From the NCBI GenBank assembly GCA_043805415.1, contig JAZDHZ010000007.1, positions 29,786 to 93,785 of the forward strand: 64,000 nt of DNA, in the 5' to 3' direction. Shown piece after piece: positions 38,154-47,854 of the stretch (within the stretch, counting starts at the first letter, position 1; every line of letters begins with the position of its first letter). The DNA is from Candidatus Omnitrophota bacterium (GTDB taxonomy: Bacteria; Omnitrophota; Gorgyraeia; B26-G9). The notes under the pieces were generated by a model. That model saw only the letters and a program-made list of their open reading frames with translations, did no database searches and was not told the DNA's origin. Both the position numbers and the translations under genes were made by a program.

Positions 38154-39620
38154 TTATTTTGCTCTAAAATATTTTATTTCCAATAAAAATCGCCGATAAG
38201 CTTTTACAATAAACCCGGCAAATCCATAACGTTTAAAAGTCTCGATAACCCACTTTAAAAAACTGCGCTGTTTTATTTTTTTCTTTAAATATAAATGATC
38301 GCGGATAAGCAAAGCCTGCTGTTTTATTTTTTCTATCTGTCCATGATTATAGCTTGGATAGCTTATCATTGCAAAATTTCCGCCATCATAATCACAAAAA
38401 ACCGCTTTCTCGCGCAACAAATTATTCTCTAAGGCGGTGTTATAAAAAGGAGTTCCCGGCTGGGGAGTACAAATAGAAAGCTGCAATCCGTCTAAAAGAT
38501 CCTGTTTTATCAGATCTTCCATAAACTGAATTGTTTTAGTATCTTCAGCATAATCAGACCCTAAGGCTCCAAAAGTAAATGTTCCGTAAGTTCTTAAGCC
38601 GATCTTTTTAGCTGATAATAATGTGTCTTGAATATGGGTTAAATTCATTGGTTTATTTATCGCCCGCATAACCTTTGCGCTTGCAGTCTCAATCCCGATT
38701 CTTATCTTATAATATCCGGCTTTTTTCATTGCCAGCAGCACTGGTTCATCTAAGAACCGCACATCACACATCGCTTCATAATGCAGAGTATTCAGCCCGG
38801 CGTTTATAATCGCCTTACTTAATTGCAAAATAAATTCTCTATTGCCGTTATGGACTTCTTCATCAAAGAAAACCCCCTGCATTTGAGGATATTTTTCTTT
38901 CAGATAGGCGATCTCTTTAACAAGATCATCCACATTACGGCCGCGCCAATTAGCGCGATTATAGTAAACATGCCGGGCAACGCAAAAATTACACGCTCCC
39001 GGACAGCCGCGCGACGCGTACATTTGAATTTCACGGAATTCGGAACTAGGCTCACCAGGAACAGCATAATCCAGCCTGCTGACATCCTCATCTTCTGGCC
39101 AAGGCAGCGCATTTATATCAAGTAATGGTCTTCTTTGATTTGGATAAACCCCTAATATCATCGCTTGATCAGGGTTTTGGATCAATTCTAATACCGAATA
39201 TTCATATTCACCGATGCAGACATTATCCACTCCCTGCTCAATAAGCTGCTGGGGAAAAGCAGTAGCATGCTGTCCGACAAAGATAATCCGGCTGGCACAG
39301 TCCTTTTTAATGTCTAAAGCTAAAGCCAGATTTTCATCAATCATCCGCGTAGCGCTTTCAAGTATTAAAATATCCGGTTTTAAGCTTTTAATAAGTTCCG
39401 AATAATGGGCTCGATCCATTTTCAGCAAACAGCCGTCAATAAATTTCACCTCATGCTTAGTTTCTTTTTTTAATAAGCTGGATAGATAAGCCAGCTCCCA
39501 GGGATAATAAGCAAACCAATGCGATTTATCTTTTACCCCCTCAGACCATCTGCTGGGCGAGTGGATTATATAGTATCCGTTTTTATCAATTCCAATTGAA
39601 TTAGCGATAACTATCTTCAT
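38154..39620 (-). CDS. cobalamin-binding-domain radical SAM protein (class B)
   Basis: B12-binding N-terminal domain and CPGACNFCVARH. Confidence 0.85.
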   Translation of the reverse strand: MKIVIANSIGIDKNGYYIIHSPSRWSEGVKDKSHWFAYYPWELAYLSSLLKKETKHEVKFIDGCLLKMDRAHYSELIKSLKPDILILESATRMIDENLALALDIKKDCASRIIFVGQHATAFPQQLIEQGVDNVCIGEYEYSVLELIQNPDQAMILGVYPNQRRPLLDINALPWPEDEDVSRLDYAVPGEPSSEFREIQMYASRGCPGACNFCVARHVYYNRANWRGRNVDDLVKEIAYLKEKYPQMQGVFFDEEVHNGNREFILQLSKAIINAGLNTLHYEAMCDVRFLDEPVLLAMKKAGYYKIRIGIETASAKVMRAINKPMNLTHIQDTLLSAKKIGLRTYGTFTFGALGSDYAEDTKTIQFMEDLIKQDLLDGLQLSICTPQPGTPFYNTALENNLLREKAVFCDYDGGNFAMISYPSYNHGQIEKIKQQALLIRDHLYLKKKIKQRSFLKWVIETFKRYGFAGFIVKAYRRFLLEIKYFRAK

Positions 39621-40708
39621 ATCAGCCTGATTACTTTCAATAAATCCTTTGCGGTTTTTTCCAGAGAGTACTTTTCCAATACAGTTTTTCTTGCTTTTTT
39701 ACCCATAGCCTGTCTAAGATTCTTATCTTTGCACAGCAAAAGCAGTTTATTCACAAAATCATCTTTAGTTACTGCCAGCATCCCATTCTCACCATCAATA
39801 ATAATTCTTCGCGCTTCCGCGAAACAACTGGCAACAAAGGGTTTTTCCATCGCCATATACTCAAACATCCGCGTCGGACTCTTAGCTTTGTTAAATTTAG
39901 TATCCTGAATTAGCGGCATTATTCCAATATCTATCTGATTAAGATATTCCGGAATATCTTCCGGAGCCATCCAATCCTTAATTATTATCAAATCGCTGTT
40001 TAGCTGTTCCACTTTCCGCTTAACTTCGGAAACATAAACTCCATCCCCAAGTATCTCCAGTTTAATTCCGCTGACTTTATTCCTTAATATCTGAAAACAA
40101 TCAATTAAAAAATAGAGGTTTTCTAAATTATCCTTGCGATGCATGGTTCCAATCCAGGACAAGACAAGGCCGTGTTTTTCAATTAGCTGCTTTTCCGGCT
40201 TAAATATCTCTGTATCCACCGCAGTAGGAGCATAAATAACATTCTGATTATACGAAAGCAAAAAATCTTCTAAAAATTTACTCGCGCCAAGACATAAACA
40301 ACTCTTCCGGGCAATAAAACTCATCGCGGCATATGCCAGAGATTTAGGGAATCTTCCAAAATAATATTCTATATTTTCCCTTGCCTCCCAATCATCTAAA
40401 TCAAAAATCAGCTTTCTGTTTCTCAATAAGCTTACCAGTAAAGGAGCCAGGGAATGATAATTACAACGCTGCAAAAATAAGACAGCATCTTTATCCCATA
40501 GATATTTAAAAGCCTTTAGATTATAGACCATCTTATCAGCCAGAGACATTTTTGATTCCTCTTTACCGCTTTTTGCCCCTAAATTATCGGCAAAAGAAAA
40601 TATCTCTGTTTCAATACCCGCTTGATTTAAATACTTGGCAAATCCGTAACAGCGCACTCTTACTGCCGGCATTTGTTTACTTTCTCTGGTTATAAATATT
40701 ATTTTCAT
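39617..40708 (-). CDS. glycosyltransferase family 4 (GT-B fold)
   Basis: The GT4 C-terminal EX7E region FEYMAMEKPFVAS is present. The overall GT-B length is typical. Confidence 0.75.
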   Translation of the reverse strand: MKIIFITRESKQMPAVRVRCYGFAKYLNQAGIETEIFSFADNLGAKSGKEESKMSLADKMVYNLKAFKYLWDKDAVLFLQRCNYHSLAPLLVSLLRNRKLIFDLDDWEARENIEYYFGRFPKSLAYAAMSFIARKSCLCLGASKFLEDFLLSYNQNVIYAPTAVDTEIFKPEKQLIEKHGLVLSWIGTMHRKDNLENLYFLIDCFQILRNKVSGIKLEILGDGVYVSEVKRKVEQLNSDLIIIKDWMAPEDIPEYLNQIDIGIMPLIQDTKFNKAKSPTRMFEYMAMEKPFVASCFAEARRIIIDGENGMLAVTKDDFVNKLLLLCKDKNLRQAMGKKARKTVLEKYSLEKTAKDLLKVIRLI

Positions 40709-40714
40709 CTGATT

Positions 40715-42112
40715 TTATTTTATTCTTTGAAAAATTAAATACCCTTTTAGCGTCTTTATTTTATCCCATTTTTCAAAATCAATATTCATCTCGGAAGATA
40801 AAGGTAAAACCAGGTATTGCTGTTTATTTTTCGGTTCAATATCGGCAAACTCTTTGGGTAAATAGCAAAAATTCAACTGCGGCAATCCGCTTTCCATGGC
40901 AATAAAACTATGAAAGCCGGCAGCTTGTTTTTGAATATAAATCAAAGAATCAGCACTTGCGTTTTTCTGCAGCCAAAAGCTAGCTTCTTTAACCAAAACC
41001 GGGACTTCAGGTCTTTGAAAAAATCCTGCCTGCAATGATAGTAAGCAGATGATAACTGTCGCCAGCAACGCGTATATTTTGCGTTTTAAGTTCAGCGCTT
41101 TTAATCCGGCAATAAGGCCCCTGACTAAATAAGGAATAAGCAGGGCCGCGACAAAAAGCGATCCTTGCTCCAGAATTAATATTTCCTTGCGAAAAACATT
41201 CAAGCTAAGCAAAAATACTATAGAAATTACGCATAAAAGATATCCCAAATCCTTTCTCTTTTTCACAGCGGAAAATATCCCGATTAAACCCAGGAAAAAT
41301 ATCCGGGACTCAGGCTTTAAGAATAAACCCGCTAATATCTGCCGCATGGTTTTGCCGACTAAAAACAGAAAAGTATATAAACTATCCGCTTCGTGAAAAT
41401 TTTTATACCACAACCAACCCGGTCCATATTGTTTATCAACAAGAAAATTCCAAAATAACGGAAAGATACAACTTATCGCTAAAAAGAGAAAACTGTTTAG
41501 CAGCTTCTGCTTGAGACTTTTTTCCTGCTTCAAAAGAATATAGATAATTATCCCTGGAGCTGTCAGCCAGGCCAGATAACTATAGCCGCAAGCAATCAGG
41601 CAAAAAACAGCCCCCAGTAAATATTTTTGCTCAAACACCATCCACAAGCACAAGAATAAAAATCCTATCGCGATAACCTCAGGCATAGTCACAACACTCA
41701 TTATTATATGCTGATAATAACTATACAGCAAAACTCCGGAGAGTAACGCGATTTTACTGTTAAATATTTTTTTTACTAAATAGTAATAGGGGATTAATGA
41801 AAGACTGGAAGCAGCCGCGATGAAAAATCTGGCACTAACTATCTGCTCCGAACCAAGCTTAACCGCCCCGGCAAGACTATATAAAAAAAGCGGTAATTGC
41901 TGATAAAAAATATTCTGGAGAAAAGCCGGTTTAGTTAATATATGCAAAGCAGTAGTGATATTCAGCATCGGCTCTGGGCCATAAAAATTATCCGAGCTAA
42001 GCAAAAAAGCAAACCGGATAAGATAAGCATCGATAAATAAACAAATCGCTACGACCAGATGGTTTTTTAATAATAAGGCGTAAATGGAATTATATTGTGG
42101 TTTTTGATTCAT
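40715..42112 (-). CDS. polytopic membrane protein, probable GT-C-type glycosyltransferase
   Basis: 465 aa with more than 10 TM helices, embedded among ArnT-like genes. No soluble catalytic motifs were seen. Confidence 0.45.
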   Translation of the reverse strand: MNQKPQYNSIYALLLKNHLVVAICLFIDAYLIRFAFLLSSDNFYGPEPMLNITTALHILTKPAFLQNIFYQQLPLFLYSLAGAVKLGSEQIVSARFFIAAASSLSLIPYYYLVKKIFNSKIALLSGVLLYSYYQHIIMSVVTMPEVIAIGFLFLCLWMVFEQKYLLGAVFCLIACGYSYLAWLTAPGIIIYILLKQEKSLKQKLLNSFLFLAISCIFPLFWNFLVDKQYGPGWLWYKNFHEADSLYTFLFLVGKTMRQILAGLFLKPESRIFFLGLIGIFSAVKKRKDLGYLLCVISIVFLLSLNVFRKEILILEQGSLFVAALLIPYLVRGLIAGLKALNLKRKIYALLATVIICLLSLQAGFFQRPEVPVLVKEASFWLQKNASADSLIYIQKQAAGFHSFIAMESGLPQLNFCYLPKEFADIEPKNKQQYLVLPLSSEMNIDFEKWDKIKTLKGYLIFQRIK

Positions 42113-43337
42113 AATATTTCTCGATTGATTTCGCGATCTTAACCATATCCTTCTCGGTTAAAGGTAAATACACCGGCAAATATACATTTTCCCGCTCCAG
42201 AATCAGACTGTTCGGACAAGCACTGGCATATGCGGCAAATTCCTTTAGATAAGCACATGCCTGCACAAATCCCGGACTGATATCAATGCCTTGATCAAAT
42301 AAAAACTTAATCAGTTCTTGTCTATCAGCAACGCGGATTACATAGTTAAGATAAATATTTTTTATATTTTCCCGGCTATTAAAAATTCCAATTTGTTTAA
42401 TTATTGATAATTTTTCATTTAACACCTTGGCATTGTTTATCTTCTGCTGATTTAATTCATCCAGATCTTTAATCCGCAGCAGCCCCAAACTTGCCTGTGC
42501 CGGAGAAAATGAAACATTAAACTTATTTAAATCGGTTTTATTTAATGACTTTACTTTAAGAGTTTGCTTAATATTTTTATCGCGATACCTGCCCATCAGT
42601 CTTAATCCCGGGTATCCCAGCCAAGAAAAGATAAAGGGTTTTGTAAAAAAAGCCAGCAGGCCCGCGATAAAAAATCTTTTTATCAGTTCTCTTTTAGAAA
42701 TCGGTTTAAATTCACTGACAAGTTGTCTTATCTTGGCAGCCAGATTATGATCATCAGTAACAATCATCGAACCGCCCAAAGTGTTTAAATTCTTAAATAG
42801 ATTAAAACTAAAGTAAGCGATTTTACCAAAAGAGCCGATTTTTTTTCCCTTATACTCTGCCCCGCAGGCCTGGGCGGCATCTTCAATTACTCTGATGCCG
42901 TATTTTTTAGCGATGCTTATTATTGAATCTATCTCACAGGGATTACCATGGATATGAGTCATTAAAATAAATTTAGTCTTACAAGTGATTTTTTGCTCAA
43001 TTAATTCCGGGATCATATTCCCATCTTGTAAACTAATATCAACAAATACCGGTTTCAGCCCATTAGAGATAATAACATCAATTACCTCAGTTACCGTATA
43101 ACCGGGCACAATAATCTCATCGCCGGCTTGGGCTTTTAAAATTTTTAGCGATAAGCTTAAGGCTGTCTTCGCGCAGGAAACAGCAATTGCCTGTTTCCTC
43201 TGGATATACAAGGAAAACTGGTTTTCAAACTCAGCAAGCAGAACCTTACCCTGTTTATTACTTAGGAATAAAGCTCCCAGAAAAACCTTGGCATATTTTC
43301 CGGAAAAACTAATCCTTCCTCTGCAGATTTTAGTCAT
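42090..43337 (-). CDS. DegT/DnrJ/EryC1/StrS (ArnB-type) PLP-dependent sugar aminotransferase
   Basis: The family motifs are present: GDEIIVPGYT, VFVDI, IEDAAQACGAEYKGKKIGSFG, and SFNLFKNL carrying the PLP Lys. Confidence 0.85.
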   Translation of the reverse strand: MTKICRGRISFSGKYAKVFLGALFLSNKQGKVLLAEFENQFSLYIQRKQAIAVSCAKTALSLSLKILKAQAGDEIIVPGYTVTEVIDVIISNGLKPVFVDISLQDGNMIPELIEQKITCKTKFILMTHIHGNPCEIDSIISIAKKYGIRVIEDAAQACGAEYKGKKIGSFGKIAYFSFNLFKNLNTLGGSMIVTDDHNLAAKIRQLVSEFKPISKRELIKRFFIAGLLAFFTKPFIFSWLGYPGLRLMGRYRDKNIKQTLKVKSLNKTDLNKFNVSFSPAQASLGLLRIKDLDELNQQKINNAKVLNEKLSIIKQIGIFNSRENIKNIYLNYVIRVADRQELIKFLFDQGIDISPGFVQACAYLKEFAAYASACPNSLILERENVYLPVYLPLTEKDMVKIAKSIEKYYESKTTI

Positions 43338-44847
43338 TGTTTTTCACTTTCTGAATATCATATATAAAATACGGAGCGCTCTTATATTTCAGGATAAATA
43401 AAAAACCCTGTCTTTGCTGCGGCGCGTTTTGCGCGTTTAAATTTAAAACAGTTTTTAACTGCCCATAAGGAGAATACACCAGCGTCGTTATGTTTTCCTC
43501 TCTAAGCGCTTGAAAAAACTTATTCTCATCCAGCGCGTACTCATTTTTTTCATTAATAATCTGGGGGATTAAAACAAAGCGAAGCGGATTAATCCTGCTT
43601 AGTACCTTTATCGGCTCTCGATATTTTTCATCTCCGCAATGGTCGATCATAATATTTTCCAGGGAATTTGAATTGGTTTCCAGAAATAAAGCCGTGTTTT
43701 TAGCAAACACAGGCAAATATAATGGACTGGCCAAAATCAGCTCTCCTATAGGAATAATCATGGTCCATAACAGAATCAGGACTATCCATTTTGGGATTTT
43801 TCGATTAAGCTGCTCAAGGACTTTAATAAATAAATAGACGCTAAACGGAATCAAAATTAATCCCAAGGTTATTCCATAACGCGGCTGCAAGTAAAGAGTT
43901 TCCCGCAAAGTATTAAGCACAAAAACCGAAAAAAACATTATAAATATTGCCGAAAGTTCTTTTATTCTGCCTTTTAATCCAGAGTATAAAACTCCTGCCA
44001 GACCAAAAGCAAACACTCCTATCCCTAATGTTTGGATCAGAGATCTAGGCCAAAAAAGCAATTTGTAAGCAAAATCAATATTCCCTCCCTGCCCTCTGAT
44101 CCAATTAATCTGTTGGGGAACAATAAAATTATTGCTTGAAATAAACTCAAAAGCATTGCCAAATGCCGCATAATTAACCAGCAGCCAGATTCCGGGAAAA
44201 ATTAAAGCATGAATTGTGAATTCACTTAGCGCAAGCTTGTTTTTCCGCAAAAAAACAATGTAAAAAGGAATTAAGAGCAAGCCTTCATAACGGCACATGC
44301 CGGCCATGCCTACGCATAGCCCAAGGAGAATTAATAAATATCTTTCTGCTTTTTGCTTAAATAATTCATAAACATAAAGACTGAGAAATAAAAAGAAATG
44401 AAAACTTGTTTCTGATGTGGCAATAATACTATACACAATATGCGCTGAATACAAGCTAATCCCAAGTATGGAAAACAAAGCGATTTCCTGATCAAATACA
44501 CGCTTAAGATACAAATAAAACACGACAATAGTCATAATTCCAAAACCCAGACTAATAAGCCTCGGGATAAGCATAAACGAACCAAATAGCTTTATGCCGG
44601 CAATTAAAAATAATATGTGCGCCGGAGGATGCACCGGAGTCCAGAGCTTAATATTGGCTGGATTATTTATAATCATTAAAGCCTCTAAGATTTTTCCATT
44701 GGCAACTCCATGAAAATCAACAGTATGCGATAATATTCCCAACCGGAGAAGCAAAGCCCCTAGGATAATCGCGCCTGCCAATATATATTCCTTATATTGA
44801 AGAAGTGTTTTTTTTATTTGGTTTCTTGACTTAGTTTTTAACATCAT
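43330..44847 (-). CDS. GT-C-fold glycosyltransferase, ArnT/PMT-like (tandem paralog 1)
   Basis: The protein is polytopic and carries an RYEGLLL motif. It shares clear similarity with 44831..46240 (PRLISLGFG..., FHG). Confidence 0.6.
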   Translation of the reverse strand: MMLKTKSRNQIKKTLLQYKEYILAGAIILGALLLRLGILSHTVDFHGVANGKILEALMIINNPANIKLWTPVHPPAHILFLIAGIKLFGSFMLIPRLISLGFGIMTIVVFYLYLKRVFDQEIALFSILGISLYSAHIVYSIIATSETSFHFFLFLSLYVYELFKQKAERYLLILLGLCVGMAGMCRYEGLLLIPFYIVFLRKNKLALSEFTIHALIFPGIWLLVNYAAFGNAFEFISSNNFIVPQQINWIRGQGGNIDFAYKLLFWPRSLIQTLGIGVFAFGLAGVLYSGLKGRIKELSAIFIMFFSVFVLNTLRETLYLQPRYGITLGLILIPFSVYLFIKVLEQLNRKIPKWIVLILLWTMIIPIGELILASPLYLPVFAKNTALFLETNSNSLENIMIDHCGDEKYREPIKVLSRINPLRFVLIPQIINEKNEYALDENKFFQALREENITTLVYSPYGQLKTVLNLNAQNAPQQRQGFLFILKYKSAPYFIYDIQKVKNND

Positions 44848-46240
44848 AAATCCTACAATCCCCTGAATTAAATACTTGCTTTAAATTATGCATTTTTCTT
44901 TGGGAAATTAAAACAACATACTTTAACCGTGCCCGGCCGAGAGGATCCATTAATTCCAAATGCCGAAAAAAATGGTTTTTACCAATAAACCGGTCTATAT
45001 CAGTATTTGTCTGCAGTTTTAGCGGGTCTTTATAATTATCCTCCTCCGAATCAATATAAACCGCATTATCCTCTTTTAGATTATCATGGAGAAATTCTCC
45101 TGCCTGCACCAGCCATATCGGAGTCTTCGGAAGCGATATCGCCGTTAAATAAGTTCCTCTTACCAGAACATATAAAACAAGGGCCGCGATAATCACCATC
45201 CGCTTGTTTCCTTTTATTTTGTTCAGCAGCTCAATTGCCGCCAAGGCAAAGAACGGAATAAACAGAATCGCTAAGCTAAGCCCGTAACGCGGCTGCATGG
45301 CCAGCTCTTCTTTTACGGTTTTCCAGGTAAAATAGCTTATGATGATTAAGAACAGGAATAAGATTCTTTTATTCTTCGCGTAAGCCCCCCGGACTAAACC
45401 GAATAAGCCAATAATAAAAATCGGCAGGCCGAAGAATTTAGCTAATTGGCCTGGCCAATAAACCAATTTTTCGCTAAATGTCACGCTTTGGCCTAAATTG
45501 CGCAAATAATCATATTCCGTATGTACTATAGAGTCACTGGCGGAAAGAAAAAATAAAAAATTGCCGCCGTAAACATAATTAAAAATCATCCAGATAACCG
45601 GCAGAATCGAGGCAATACTTATAAATAAAAATAGCTTTTTCGGCTGTTTAAGTAAAAATATTCCCGCGAACAATATAAACAGCCCTCCCTCAAAACGGCA
45701 CATGCTCGCTAAGCTGATTAAAATCGCCGCGTAAATCAAGCAATTATCCTGCTTGTTTTTTAAATATCGCTCCATAAAAAATAAGCCGCAAACTAAGAAA
45801 AATAAAAAACAAGCCTCAGCCGTGGAAAGAATACTATGGATAATATGCAGGGGAAAAAGCGCGATCAAAAAGCTGCTAATCAATGCGATTTTTTCATCAA
45901 AAGCCTGTTTGAGAAAATAGTAGTAAACCCCGACAAAACCAATACCGGCAAATAAACTAATCAACCGCGGCGCTAATAAAGGATCATTGAATAATTTAAA
46001 AACCAACGCAATAAGATAAATATGCACCGGCCCATGAGCCGGGATAATCCAGGATTCAAGATAATTCGGATGTTTAACTAAACTCTGCGCGCAAACAACC
46101 TTGCCCGCCGCGATTCCATGGAAATTATCTGAATTCAAAAGCGCGATAACCCGGATAAAAATAGTCAACAGCATAACCAGATAAAATAAATATTTCATTA
46201 TTTGGGTTTTATCAACATTTTTTAAATTGATTTCAATCAT
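44831..46240 (-). CDS. GT-C-fold glycosyltransferase, ArnT/PMT-like (tandem paralog 2)
   Basis: The protein is polytopic and carries an RFEGGLF motif. It is a paralog of 43330..44847 (PRLISLFAGIGF...). Confidence 0.6.
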   Translation of the reverse strand: MIEINLKNVDKTQIMKYLFYLVMLLTIFIRVIALLNSDNFHGIAAGKVVCAQSLVKHPNYLESWIIPAHGPVHIYLIALVFKLFNDPLLAPRLISLFAGIGFVGVYYYFLKQAFDEKIALISSFLIALFPLHIIHSILSTAEACFLFFLVCGLFFMERYLKNKQDNCLIYAAILISLASMCRFEGGLFILFAGIFLLKQPKKLFLFISIASILPVIWMIFNYVYGGNFLFFLSASDSIVHTEYDYLRNLGQSVTFSEKLVYWPGQLAKFFGLPIFIIGLFGLVRGAYAKNKRILFLFLIIISYFTWKTVKEELAMQPRYGLSLAILFIPFFALAAIELLNKIKGNKRMVIIAALVLYVLVRGTYLTAISLPKTPIWLVQAGEFLHDNLKEDNAVYIDSEEDNYKDPLKLQTNTDIDRFIGKNHFFRHLELMDPLGRARLKYVVLISQRKMHNLKQVFNSGDCRIYDVKN

Positions 46241-46790
46241 TTTTAGGCCTCAAAAGCAAAGCAGTATAAGCAAATATGCTTTGGCTAAAACTAAAACTAT
46301 TTTCAATATAAAAATCCTCAAGAAAAAGCTTCGCGAATTCATCGCTATGGCGCACATAGTGGCCGCGGTCAAAGTACCTGATCAACCAACCCAGAACATT
46401 CAGCCTTGAATCAGGATAAACCCCGTCCGCAATAATTGCCCTGCCGTTTTTACTTAAAATTCGCTTTATCCGGACAATAAGCTGCTTTGCCTGTTTGGCA
46501 CTCAGATGATGAAAAAAGCTTACAGATAGAACATAATCAAAAAATCCATCCGGATAAGGCAAGCCCTGACATACATCCTGTAATTTATAAGTCCCATCCC
46601 TTCTTTCGGCAAGTTTTCTCAGTACATTCCTGTCCGCGTCTAAACCAATATAATTTTCCGGAGCGAATCCCCAGAAATTTCCGGTTTTCCCGCAGCCAAT
46701 ATCGAGAATTCTCGTTTTGCTTTTAATCTCCATATTTTTAAAAGCAAATCGGGTGATCTGGTCATAACACTTTTTTAGAAGAATTTTCAT
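46233..46790 (-). CDS. class I SAM-dependent methyltransferase
   Basis: SAM motif I is ILDIGCGKTGNF and a post-I acidic residue is present. The protein is 185 aa. Confidence 0.75.
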   Translation of the reverse strand: MKILLKKCYDQITRFAFKNMEIKSKTRILDIGCGKTGNFWGFAPENYIGLDADRNVLRKLAERRDGTYKLQDVCQGLPYPDGFFDYVLSVSFFHHLSAKQAKQLIVRIKRILSKNGRAIIADGVYPDSRLNVLGWLIRYFDRGHYVRHSDEFAKLFLEDFYIENSFSFSQSIFAYTALLLRPKND

Positions 46791-47854
46791 AATTTACAAC
46801 ACCGCACGCATCCCGGAAGAATCTTTTTGCTGAGAATCGCGGAAAACTCCCGGCGTTTTTGGTTTTGCCAAACATCAGACAGCTCTCCAGTTTTAATATT
46901 CCCCAGAATATAATCAGAAAAGAACTGACAAGGGATAATATCCCCATTAGCCTTGATAAATACAGAATGCCGCACAAACATACACTTGCGGTCAAAGTCA
47001 AAATTATTGGCAAACCATTTTTCCCGCTCCTTAGCCGTCAGGTAAGGCTTAAATATAATAAAATTTCCATATTTTTTCTTTAAACGCGAAACTTCTTTTT
47101 GCAGTTTGATCCCTATTCCCGGCTGATTAATGTCTTTGATATAGGTCGTCATTTCCGCTTCTTTTTCAGTTAACAGCCCATTGTCATCGCAGGCCGCTAG
47201 ATGCTGTTTATATTCATCCCGCGATAAAAAAATAAGCTGCTCAAATCTGACTCGATCAACACCTAATCTTTTGCCTTGGGCAATAATATCTTCTAAATCA
47301 TAATAATTATCCGGGGTGATCACGGAATTAAGCAATAAAGCGGCTTTTTTTCTATGGGCAACTGACAGTTCTATGGCTCTAGACAGCGCGGAATATGCTC
47401 CTTTTTTTCCGGTTTTAGCATCGTGGCCTAATTCATCTCCATGAACTGAAAAGATTACAACTTCCGGTTCAACATTAAAAAGTTTTTTAATTTTATCCTG
47501 ATCCAGCAATGTTCCATTAGTAACTAACCCATATTTTAAGTTGCACTGTTTAACCGCATGAAGAATTTCAAAAATATCTTTTCTGATAAACGGCTCTCCC
47601 CCTCCAAAAAAAACAGCGGGTTTATATCTTGCGATTTTCTTAATAAAACAAATAATATCTGCAGCCGGAAGCGCTTCGGCTTTATTCAGCATCGAATGGG
47701 CAGAGCAAATGCTACAGTCAAGATTGCAGTTATTTGTAATCAGAAAGTTTACAGTAACCGGGAATCTATTGCCCGCAGACAAAATTTGTCTTAGCGAAAA
47801 TAGACCGCGAAAGGCTAATAAATTATTTATTTGAGAATAAATACCGCGAAACAT
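46787..47854 (-). CDS. radical SAM/SPASM-domain protein
   Basis: CNLDCSICSAH is present. The C-terminal motif reads GDIIPCQFF...CVRCC. Confidence 0.8.
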   Translation of the reverse strand: MFRGIYSQINNLLAFRGLFSLRQILSAGNRFPVTVNFLITNNCNLDCSICSAHSMLNKAEALPAADIICFIKKIARYKPAVFFGGGEPFIRKDIFEILHAVKQCNLKYGLVTNGTLLDQDKIKKLFNVEPEVVIFSVHGDELGHDAKTGKKGAYSALSRAIELSVAHRKKAALLLNSVITPDNYYDLEDIIAQGKRLGVDRVRFEQLIFLSRDEYKQHLAACDDNGLLTEKEAEMTTYIKDINQPGIGIKLQKEVSRLKKKYGNFIIFKPYLTAKEREKWFANNFDFDRKCMFVRHSVFIKANGDIIPCQFFSDYILGNIKTGELSDVWQNQKRREFSAILSKKILPGCVRCCKL

